From: the human T2T-CHM13v2.0 reference genome, Homo sapiens
Reading direction: 5' to 3' (one strand)
DNA length: 64,000 nt
Assembly (NCBI RefSeq): GCF_009914755.1
Contig: NC_060947.1
The position numbers and the translations under genes are program-made. Below the pieces are notes generated by a model. That model did no database searches. It saw nothing but the letters and a program-made list of their open reading frames with translations, and was not told the origin of the DNA. This document shows, in pieces, positions 45,450-64,000 of this stretch (within the stretch, counting starts at the first letter, position 1; every line of letters starts with the position of its first letter).

Positions 45450-45931
45450 TCAGCTCTTTTTCATTGTAGTTCTCTTATTCCAGGGTTTAAGCCAGAAATT
45501 TGGTTACTCTTAAAATTTTAACATGAGCGTTTCCTTAAGTCTAAGCTTAATTATTATTCCTGTCCTCCTGAATAAGACCAAGAGTTTGGAATGATTTACT
45601 CCTTAACCGTCAGCCCCTCTTCCATGTTAATGTTATTTATGTGTTAGTTTTGCCTTATTTAAGCCACCTTACACCAATAAAAATAGTGAATATTTACTCA
45701 TGTGCTTTTCAGGTTTCTTTGCTCACCATTCTTCCTTCACTCCATTTCTTCCTTCTTGGTTCAGTTTCTTCCTTCTTTATTAAAAAATGTTCTTAATTAT
45801 TTCAGTAAGGGCCCCTTAATAGTAAATTTGGTTTTGGTGTTTGTGAAAGTGTCTGTACTTCACTTTTTCCCTTGAATGGTTGTTGAGCTGGGTCCAGAAT
45901 TTTGGGTTAATTCCTTTCCCCGAGTACTTTG

Positions 45932-46410
45932 ATGTTATTCTCTTGTGTTTTGACAAATTTGTAAATTTTTTTTAACTTTTAAGTTTGGGGCTACATGTGA
46001 AGTTTTGTTACATAGGTAAACACATGTCACAGGGGTTTGTTGTACATATTATTTCATCATCCAGGTAATAAGCCCAGTACCTAGTAGTTATCTTTTCTGC
46101 TCCTCTCCTTCCTCTCACCCTTCCCCTCAGGTAGAGGGGGATAGTTAATGTTATTCTTTTGTGTTTTGACAGATTTTTAAATTTTGTTTAACTTTTATTT
46201 TAGGTTTGGGGGTACACCTGAAGGTTTGTTACATAGGTAAACACATGTCTTAGGGGTTTGTTGTACAGATTATTTCATCACCCAGGTATTAAGCCCAGTA
46301 CCCAATAGTCATTTTTTCTGCTCCTCTCCCTCCTCCCATCCTCCACCCTCAGGTAGTCCCCAATTTCTGTTGTTTCCTTGTGTTCATAAGTTCTTATCAT
46401 TTAGCTCCCG
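45932..46410 (-). mobile_element. Two tandem L1PA (about PA13-16) 3'-end fragments
   Basis: gttacataggtaaacacatgtc...ggggtttgttgtaca.attatttcatca.ccaggta.taagcccagtacc occurs twice, 216-bp period. Confidence 0.85.
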
Positions 46411-46519
46411 TTAATTTTTAGTTTTTTGGTCTAGGCTGGTCTGGAACTCCTGGCTTCAAGTGATCCTCCTCAGCCTCCCAAAGATCTGGGATTACAGGTG
46501 TGAACCACTGCACCTGGCC

Positions 46520-47993
<1,474 letters not shown>

Positions 47994-48140
47994 TGTTTGG
48001 GTCACTTTCTCTGCACAGCGCTGGGCTGGTGCTTGTAGCTTTTCTTTTTATTTTTTCACTCAAGGACAGTCCTTTATGTCTTTGTCTTTGTGCTAGTGGT
48101 TCACCTCCAGCTTCTTTCCCATGCACAGGCTTCAGGCAAC

Positions 48141-48497
48141 TGATAATACTTTGGCTCAGTATCTCCACCCAAATCTGATCTCGAATTGTAATCCCCACAT
48201 GTCAAGGGGAGGGACTTAGTGGGAAGTGACTGGATCATGGGGGCGGTTTCCCCCGTGCTGTTCCTGTGAGTTCTCATGAGATCTGATGATTTTATAAGGG
48301 GCTCTTCACCCTTTACACTCTGTGCCCTGCTGCCTTGTGGAGAAGGTGCCTGCTTCCCCTTCTGCCATGATTGTTAAGTTTCCTGAGGCCTCCCCAGCCA
48401 TACGGAACTGGGGGTCAATTCAACCTTTTTCCTTTATAAAATAAATTACCCAATCTTGGGTAGTATCTTTAAAGCAGTGTGAGAATGGACTAATACA
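48141..48497 (+). mobile_element. THE1-type MaLR solo LTR, sense to the gene
   Basis: tgataatactttggct...cccaaatctgatctcgaattgtaatcccc...gtgtgagaatggactaataca. Confidence 0.9.
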
Positions 48498-48696
48498 GGA
48501 AACTTCTCCAGTTTCCTGGTCCTGTAATCATTTGCATTTGCAGCCCTTGATTTAGAGGGCAGGGGTGAGCAGGTGTTTATCATATGAAGAATCTCATTTA
48601 ATACGTTTTTCTGTCTTTGCAGCCACTCCTTTCTATTCTATTTTCTTCCTGACTGTTGATCAGGAAGTAGTTCTACCAGTTAAGAACAAGAAAGTA

Positions 48697-49000
48697 GGCT
48701 TGTAATCCCAGCACTTTGGGAGGCCGAGGTGGGCAGATCACCTGAGGTCAGGAGTTTGAGACCAGCCTGGCCAACGTGGTGAAACCCCGTCTCTACTAAA
48801 AATACAAAAAAAAAAAAAAAAAATTAGCCAGGGATGGTGGGCGGGCACCTGTAATGGGAGGCTGAGGCAGGAGAATCGCTTGAACCTGGGAGGCAGAGGT
48901 TGCAGTCCGTGAGCTGAGACCACGCCATTGCACTCCAGCCTGGGCAACAAGAACAAAACTCTGTCTCAGAAAAAAAAAACAAAAAAACAAAAAAACAAAA
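48697..49000 (+). mobile_element. AluS, slightly 5'-truncated
   Basis: Alu body with A tail. Confidence 0.9.
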
Positions 49001-49399
49001 CTGGGAAGTAGTTGTAACCACAGACAACCCCCACCTTGAACAGGTTATTTACCAAAAGTTCTTTTGGACATTGATTGTATAGAACACAGTTCACATTATC
49101 TGATAGGAACTATGTTATTTAAAAAATGGATTTGTTTCCCAGGTGAGCCTGAGGAGTCTGTTCTCTCCTTTATGCAGTTGAAATTCATATAGACTTGTGA
49201 GTTCTTTGGGACTGTAATCAATATACAGTATGTGATTTCTGTGGGAAGGTATAATACATTTTAACGTTCTCAGTGAAGAAGGGAGTATGCTGTTTTCCAA
49301 CCCCAGTCGGTATTCCCTGGTGTGACCTGCCAGCTACCAGACCCCAACAGTTGTTACAAACTCTAGCCACTGTTTTCAAATCTGCCACTAAATATCACC

Positions 49400-51270
49400 A
49401 CTCATACTCAGCACATGACCTTGCCTCCACTTCACTGAGAACTTTGAGCCATCTGGTTGATTTTCTTCACACTTCTACCAGTTTGTCATCCCTGCTTCTC
49501 CAGAGTTGCCCTCTCCTCCTGTCTCAGGGGATGAGATGCTTCTTCTGCTGTTTGAGGCAGTCCTTTGCCAGGAGCCTTAGGCTTCACTGCTGCTTCTTTG
49601 GCAGTCTTTTCTCATCAGTTATTCCCCTTCATTCTCCCCATTCTGTTCCCAGTGGCTGTCCACTTGGGGAGGAGGGGTGAAGATTTTGCCTCCAGGAGAC
49701 ATTTGGCAGTGTCTGCAGACATTTTTGGTTGTCACAATTGGGGGGTGGTGGTGATGCATGTGCTGCTAGCATCTAACGGGTAGAGGCGTGTAGATATCCT
49801 ACAATGTACAGGACAGCCCCATGACAAAGGATTACCTGGTCCACAATGTCAGTAGTGCCTGGGTTGAGTAATGTTGCTGCATCCTCAGGGTCTCACTTTT
49901 GACTCCTTCGTTTTTCTCTGCCCATTATCTTATGCCTAAGATTCTCATCCTAGGAAACCTTCCCTGAACCACATGTCCAATCCTCTCCTAGCTACCTAAC
50001 TTCTCCCCTTCTCACTGAAACTTCTGAAAGAGCGATTTACACGTAGTCTCTCATTCACTCTTCAAATTTTAGCTGTTGCTTTCTGGCTTCCCACCCCCAC
50101 CGCTGCTTAAACTGTTTTTGCTGAGAATGCCTGTGACCTCTTGTGTGCTGCATCTAGTGGATTCATTTAGTCCTAATTTTACTTGACATTTTTGTTGCAC
50201 CTGACACTGTTAATCACTATCCCCTTGAACCAATGTATTCCATTGTCATCCTTGTTCTCCATGTCCTTCTCTTGTATTTCTTTCCCTCCCTCCTGTGTGG
50301 GCTTCTTGATGATCTACTTACTCCTTACACACTGCTGTTACCTGGTTTTGACTTCTTAGCCAAGAATTATCATAGGTCATTGTCTCCATGAAGTACCTTA
50401 GTTACCCCAAGGATTTCAGTTGCACTTATATACAGATGTTTTTCTAAATTTCTAAATTCTTTTTTTTTTTCTTTTTGAGACAGGGTCTCACTCTGTTTCC
50501 CTGGCTGGAGTGCAATGGCATGATCACAGCTCACTGTATCCTCACCCTGTAAAAACGGGGTTTCTCTGTGTTGCCCAGGCTGGTCTCAGAACTCCTGGTT
50601 TAAGCGATCCAACTGCCTTGACCTCCCAAAGTACTGGGATTACATGCATCAGCCACCATGCCCGGCTTAAATTCTTCCATGACTTTTCCCCTCCAGGCTT
50701 TAGTGTCTCTTGTAATCTGCTGGAAATCTACACCTGAATATTCTATAGGTACCTTACGCTCAGCATGTCTAATGTGAAGTACATCTTTTCCTCAAACTTC
50801 GTTTTCTGAGATCCACCTGGGCTCCCAAGACAGATAGTGGGGTCTTGTCCAGTTCATATATTATCTACAGTTGCCAATGTGATATAAAATATGATTTAGG
50901 TCATATCACCTACTTGAAAGTCTGCACTGGTGCTGTCTTGGTAACAGAAAGAGAAAGACTGAATTCCCTTATTTTGCCCATCAGGCTCTCCTTGATATAG
51001 TCTCTGCCCACCCACCTCTCCAACCTCACATCATCTCTCTTCTGCCTCATACGCTATGCTCCGGCACGTATAGGTTCCTATACAATTTTGTTTCATACTT
51101 GATGTCTTTACTTTTTGTCTTTTGCCTGGAATGCAGTATTTTTCTATTGAATATGTGGGTTGCTTGCCTTCTGAGTGGTGAGATTCCCCATTCCTCATGG
51201 AAGCTACAGTTAATTGGCACCTTGCCCCACTTCTGTGGCCTCAACATTATGAGGAGTAAGGATGTCTGAA
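49400..51270 (+). mobile_element. L2 relic interrupted by MER20 (~49630-49870) and an internally deleted antisense Alu (~50458-50666)
   Basis: catgaccttgcctccacttcactgaga; tttgcctggaatgc; MER20 gacatttggcagtgtctgcagacatttttggttgtcacaa. Confidence 0.7.
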
Positions 51271-51459
51271 TTATTTCAGAGAGCCAGGGCTTGGTAAATG
51301 CTGCATTAGTCTTGTTGAAAGAAGGTAGGGAGGGGACATTGGCAAGGGTGTTTCACAGCTCTTCAGTTGTTTCTTTCCTCAGTCCCTACTTCCTCTATTT
51401 TATTACCTTTCAGGGGTTCTTCTGGAAAAATGTATCTTTGGAGGGAGAGCCTCTTTTCT

Positions 51460-55740
<4,281 letters not shown>

Positions 55741-56796
55741 TCAAGTGTTTTTAACCACGTTTGAGTGCCCTCTTCTTTTTGGTCACACAACTTTACTGTA
55801 ACCCCACTAATTTTTTCAGATGTAGTTCATATACTATCTCCTGTATAAAACATAACCTCTTCAGTCTGAAAGGGGTACTGTTTCCTTTGAACATTTATAG
55901 CTATTTTGATTTGTACAGTTCATTTGGTCATCATGAGTCTGAATTGTCACATCTTGCCTTTTGTCTTGATAAGTTAATAATGTAGGATCTTAAGATGTTT
56001 ATCTCTTAGTGAGACCAGCAAACATTTATTAGGACAATAACACCTATTGTCCTAATCTCTGGACATAAAGTTTTTGTGTATTAATTCCAGTGTTCACAAC
56101 TGGATTGTAAGGTACTTTAAAGAAAAGACCATGATGTGTATGTACTTCCTGGTTTCATGAATGTTTTCTTTATATATAATAAAATGTAGCAGTGGGTAAG
56201 ATTAGTGGATGTATCATTAATGTTAAAATTGAGTTTTAACATTTTCCTTTTTAGAACCAGTCTAGCACTTCTCTGGGGTAACTGAATTTTTGTTAAAATT
56301 GGTCCATATATATTTCCTGTCTTTTTTAGTTTGTTTCACATACTTTGACTTATTTCCTACTTATTTCTCCTCCATTAAGGTATAAATTCTCTCCTTAAAT
56401 TGCTTAGCCTTGGATTTTCACAGATTCTTTTGAAAAACCTACGTTTTCATAGGCGTGTTGTCTTTGTAAGATCTAACTCTGCAGTGATTTATTGAGCTCG
56501 TTTTGTTTTACTTATTGAGCATCAAGATTGAAAGAGGAAAGTAATGTAATTTTCATTATTTATAATGCATTTGGCTTTTTAAAGTGTTTTGAGGTTAAAA
56601 CCAATAGCAGTCTAGCACTAGTTGAAGGTATTTTGAAGAGGTGGTTAGTATCCTTGGGGCTGTTAATCAGGAGGTAGCCTTTATGTAGAGACTTGAAGGA
56701 ATAGTGTTAGCAGGGTGTTCTTGTAGGAGCTCCCCTTATTCGATGGTTTGGAGTCCATAATTGGAAAATTAATTTTAAAAATTGGTAAAGCTCTAA

Positions 56797-57646
<850 letters not shown>

Positions 57647-58649
57647 TCATTGCCACTATTTTGACGTATGTCTAGGATCTTTCTCAGTTGACTGAAGTTC
57701 GGTGTCATCTTGTATAATCCATCCTATGTGTGCAGTAGGTTCAGTTTCGACGACTTGAAAGTAGAGCAATAATTTAGATAACCTATGAAACTAGTGCAGA
57801 ATAATAGATTTTTATAGTTGTCTCCTGTCTTTTAACATAATCTAACCCACATCCGATTTGACAGGCACATTTTTTAAGTGACTCATCACCTTTGTTGAAT
57901 CTTGCCAAAGCATCCAATGTAATTTTTACAAAATTGGCACTTTCTTGTAATTGGTTTGCACACTATTTAAATGAAAAACATGTAATGATTGTTACCAGAG
58001 GAATTGACAGTTTTGGGTAAGAAATGCAACTGACTTTTGGATACAAAGCATCCAGCTTAATATAAGGGAGCAGAAGTGTGAAGTTGAACTAGATAGTTAA
58101 CCATTAGCCAAAAACATTTGTACTGATGGCAACAGCCAGATCTCTGTTTTCCAGAGGTAATGAGGAGTTTGATGAGGAGTTTGGTAACTGTTAGGTTGAG
58201 GACTGTTAAGAGGCCTGCTGGAGGCCAGTATGGCACTTCAGTGCACAGTGCAAACCCGCTTCTGTAATGCATTTTATACTTTTTAAAAATTCCATTTCCC
58301 ATGAATAACATGCTTTTTTATGTAACAGAAGATAATCGTAACAATTATCATGTAACAGAAGATAACTGTTATTTGGAATGCTTGGAGAAAATCACTGTTT
58401 AAGATTTCTGTAAAGCCTTTTCCTGTCCAAGATTTCTGTAAAGCCTGTTTCTGTCATTGCCTGAAACATCATTATGCAGCACGTGACTACCTTTATTTTA
58501 GCACTTCTCATTTGGAGTTAACCCTTTCACCTTTACTATGAGGTCTTCCTCTGAAAAACTTTTGTATACAACATCTGATCCACAGTTGATACCCAACAAA
58601 CTGAATGAAACAGAAGTTCTGGCCACTTAAGTAGATGTCACAACCCAAT

Positions 58650-58952
58650 CTTTTTCTTTCTTTCTTTCTTTTTTTTTTTTTGAGACGGAGTTTTGCTCTT
58701 GTCACCCAGGCTGGAGTGTGGTGGTGCTCACTGCAATCTCCGCCTCCCAGGTTCAAGTGATTCTCCTGCCACAGCCTCCTGAGTAGCTGGGATTACAGGT
58801 GCCCACCACCACGCCCAGCTAATTTTTGTATTTTTAGTAGAGACGGGGTTTCACCATGTTAGCCAGGCTGGTCGAACTCCTGACTTCAGGTGGTCCACCC
58901 ACCTTGGCCACCCAAAGAGCTGGGATTTCAGGCGTGAGCCACCGCGCCCGCC
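58650..58952 (-). mobile_element. AluS
   Basis: TSD gtcacaacccaa. Confidence 0.95.
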
Positions 58953-60204
58953 CGTCACAACCCAACCTTCCGTCACAACCCAATCTTGATGTGGTGTAGT
59001 TTTCATTGATGTGCTACTGAAAAATAAGCTGTTATTATTTATAAACTCAGTTCAGAGAATATTTTAGGATAATTATACTCAGTTGAGTATATTATATTCC
59101 ATATGTCAAAGATGCTGTGCTATGTCTACAGAGTTCTGAGCTTAATAATACATAGTTCTTGTCTGTGGACATGTATATTGTTGGTACAGTGGGAATATAT
59201 GAGGAGGAGAGATTAATTCAAGCCTGAAGGAATTTGAGAGGATTTGAGAGTAGATAGGACCTGAACTGGACTTGGAATGGTAACAATAATTAGGATTTTT
59301 TGGCAGATATTTTACTGCTTTATGGCATTGGATAGTCTGGATCTCCTTCAAATTCTTTTCCCTTCTTTTCTGTCAAATACACCTAGTCTTCCTACTTCCA
59401 TCTCTAGCCTTCTTCCTCTGCAATAATCTTTATTTTCCTTAACAATCTATTGCTTTTGGCCATTTTCCTCTTCTTTCTTGCCCTTGGTGTAATGCGTTAT
59501 TGTTTTAACCCTAACCCTGTGCTTCTGGAAATATGCTTTTCTATCTTCTACATAGCCACAACACTTCATCAGTATCCTTCTTAGAGCATTTATCGTTTCT
59601 TTGCACTATAGTTACATACAGACTCCATCCTCTGCTGGACCTTAACTTCTTGAGGGCAAGTTGCACCTTTATAGTTCTTAAAGTATCTAGTATATAGTTT
59701 TCTAAGTAGTAGGCACCACATACTATTCTCTTACATTTAGCTTCTTTCCTCAAACTCAACTCCTCTTCTAGACTTGCCTTTTTCTGTGCATAGTACTAGA
59801 GTTCTTTCAATTCCCCATTCTGGTCAGTGAGTTCTGCTTCTGTCTTTGAAATGTTATTTGTAGCCCCACCATTTTTTCCACTGTCGTCATTGCATGCCAA
59901 TTAAAAGATAAATATTTAGTGCATATTGTTCTAAGCACTGTGTAGGTGCTAGGAATACAAATATAACAGATCCAATTCCTTGTTCTTAGAATCCTAGTCG
60001 GGGATTATTTTGGTACTTTGTTGAGCAAATGTTTATTGAACACTTTCTCTGTGCGGAGCTCTATTGTAGGCATAGATGTATTATATCATTTTCCACAGGC
60101 TGCTCATCTTCAAGGGGAAAACATGGCTACTGGATTTCCTCTGTTCTAAGGTACACTTTTCTTCCCATTTTCTTCTAGCATCTCTGAAATCCAGATGCGT
60201 CTAA

Positions 60205-60843
<639 letters not shown>

Positions 60844-60996
60844 TAATGTTTTTTATTCCCCCTTCAAGAGCTGTTAAAGTGATGCTGCTTACAACTAGTA
60901 GTTGTAACTATAGTATAATTTCTAATTACTATACTGTATACTATAGTTGAACTATAGTATATATTAATGGTAAATATGATGGACATGTGTAGAATT

Positions 60997-61495
60997 GTGC
61001 TGTCAAATGTGGTAGCTTCTAGCTACATGTGGCTATGTAAATATGTTAATTAGACATTAAATTTATTAAATTTTAATTAAAACTAAAAGATTAACTTGAA
61101 CCCAGGAGTTTGAGACCAGCTTGGGCAACATGGTGAAACTCTGTGTCTACAAAAAATCCCCCCCCACCCCAAAATCAGCTGGGTGTGGTGGCACATGCCT
61201 GTAGTTCCAGCTACTGTGGGAGTTATGGTGGAGGTGGGGCTGAGGATCATTTGGGAACGGGACATCGAGGCTGCAATGAGCTGTGCATTATTGCACCGCT
61301 GCATTCCAGCCTAGGCGACAGAGCGAGACCCTGTCTCAAAAAAAAAAAGAAAAAGAAAATAAAGGTTCAGTTCCTCAGTTGCACTGGCCACAGTTCAGAT
61401 ACCCAATAGCCACATTTGACTAGTGGCTACTGTATTAGACAGTGCAGATATAGAACATTCCCATCATTGCAGAGTGTTCTGTTAGGTAGCACTGG
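60997..61495 (+). mobile_element. MER3-like hAT element split by a sense Alu (~61095-61360)
   Basis: gctacatgtggctat...ttcagttcctcagttgcactggccaca...agatatagaacattcccatcattgcagag. Confidence 0.8.
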
Positions 61496-61844
61496 TCTAG
61501 AATGTGGTTCCACAGTTGTACCTGGAGGGTTGGAAAAGCTTTGGTTAGTTTACTTCCTGGCATTATTATTACCTGTATTTCCTTCCTTCAGGGAGGTCAG
61601 GGAACTTTTCTGTCTTTTCCTTCTGCCTTTAGTTTTACCAGGGCCTGGGACAGTAAGTGGTAGGTACGCAGAAATAAAAAACAACTGGAGCATTAAATAG
61701 TTTAGATAAAAAGGGGAAAGGCTATACATGTGCATAACAGGAAATAGCTTAGCTGGCTTTATTCAACGTGTATCCTGGTGTACTTTTTTAAGAGGGTTTT
61801 TAGAACAAATTTCATCACATTGAAAATTTAAGAACTTTTATCTA

Positions 61845-63091
<1,247 letters not shown>

Positions 63092-63096
63092 AGGTT

Positions 63097-63417
63097 CTTT
63101 TTATTTATTTATTTATTATTTATTTATTTTTTGGAGACAGGGTCTCACTCTCTTGCCCAGGCTGGGGTGCAGGGGTGTGATCTCAGCTCACTGCAGCCTC
63201 TATCTATCCAGGTTCAGGTGATCCTCCCACCTCAGCCTCCAGAGTAGCTGGGACCACACAGGTGCATTCCACCATGCCCAGCTAATTTTGTATTTTTTGT
63301 AGAAGCGGGGTTTTGTCATGTTGCCCAGGCTAGCCTTGAACTCCTGGGCTCAAGTGATCCTCTCACCTTGGCCTTCCAAAGTGCTGGGATTATAGGTGTG
63401 AGCCACCATTCCTGGCT
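63097..63417 (-). mobile_element. AluJ
   Basis: Reverse Alu with (TTTA)n tail. Confidence 0.9.
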
Positions 63418-64000
63418 TATCTAGGTTTTTATCCCTTATTAAGTGGGATTCAAGGAGGCCCATCATGTCAGAATGCTGTGGGTTGGCAGGAGGCATCACA
63501 ATGAAATTTTCCATGTTCCCAAATTTGATATTCACAGTACTACATATAATTTCTCAGGGAAGATAGGGTTGGACACGATGGAAATATTTTGGTGAACCAT
63601 TCGTTCCCTTGGGTTTCTTTCTCATTTGGGGAGTGTGGTTTACAATGATTGGAGCAAAAGTTTCCTGAATCTTTTTCTTGTTTCCATTTTATTGCATGGT
63701 AAAACACAATTTATCCACTTTCTTGTCAATGAGTATCTAGTTAGATTCCTGTTTTTTGGCTAATTCAAATAAAACTATGAATGTTTTTGTACCGGTCTTT
63801 TGGTGGGCAGTTGCTTTCCTTTCTCTTGGGTACATACCTAGGAAGGAGGGAAGTTGCTGGGCCACAGCATGGCCAGTTTTCTAAAACAGTTGTAGCAATT
63901 TATGTTGCTTTCTTTTTGAAAGGACAAAAGATTAAAGTTTGCCATTAGGCATTTTTACTGTCCGAGTATTTCCATCAAGCCTGTGTGAGTTAAGTCATTA

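Noticed and set aside
57700-58320. Repeat-poor intronic stretch with an AP-1-like tgactca as an enhancer
   Set aside because: A single short motif is not enough; conservation or chromatin data would be needed.

Overview
Primate, almost certainly human, genomic DNA that is very repeat-dense (roughly 75-80 Alu copies or fragments by eye, plus MIR, L2, old L1, MaLR/ERV solo LTRs and DNA-transposon relics). There is one CpG-island promoter at ~27.6-28.9 kb. The short non-coding exon at ~28220-28310 (ATTAGTTGTCTCTGCCGCTGGGGAAGG...GGACTCGGCGGG|gtgagt) is recognised from memory, not by a search, as exon 1 of the X-linked kinase gene CDKL5. On that reading the window is ~28 kb of upstream intergenic DNA, the promoter, and the first ~36 kb of the large intron 1, with probable alternative first exons 1a/1b near 44.8-45.0 kb. 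No host protein-coding exon is present. Nearly all ORF-track entries are Alu or microsatellite translations, and the only recognisable protein relic is a Tigger1 transposase C-terminus. I see no support for a new multi-gene system. The most interesting signals are smaller: (i) a palindromic MER53 MITE whose loop was replaced by a copy of nearby DNA; (ii) a templated insertion with a snap-back hairpin inside an Alu; (iii) alternative exons lying antisense in an ancient L1 5' end next to an ERV1 solo LTR; (iv) several candidate 5'UTR exons and a possible divergent transcript; (v) a perfect 60-bp tandem duplication. Repeat family names and boundaries were assigned by eye and are approximate.
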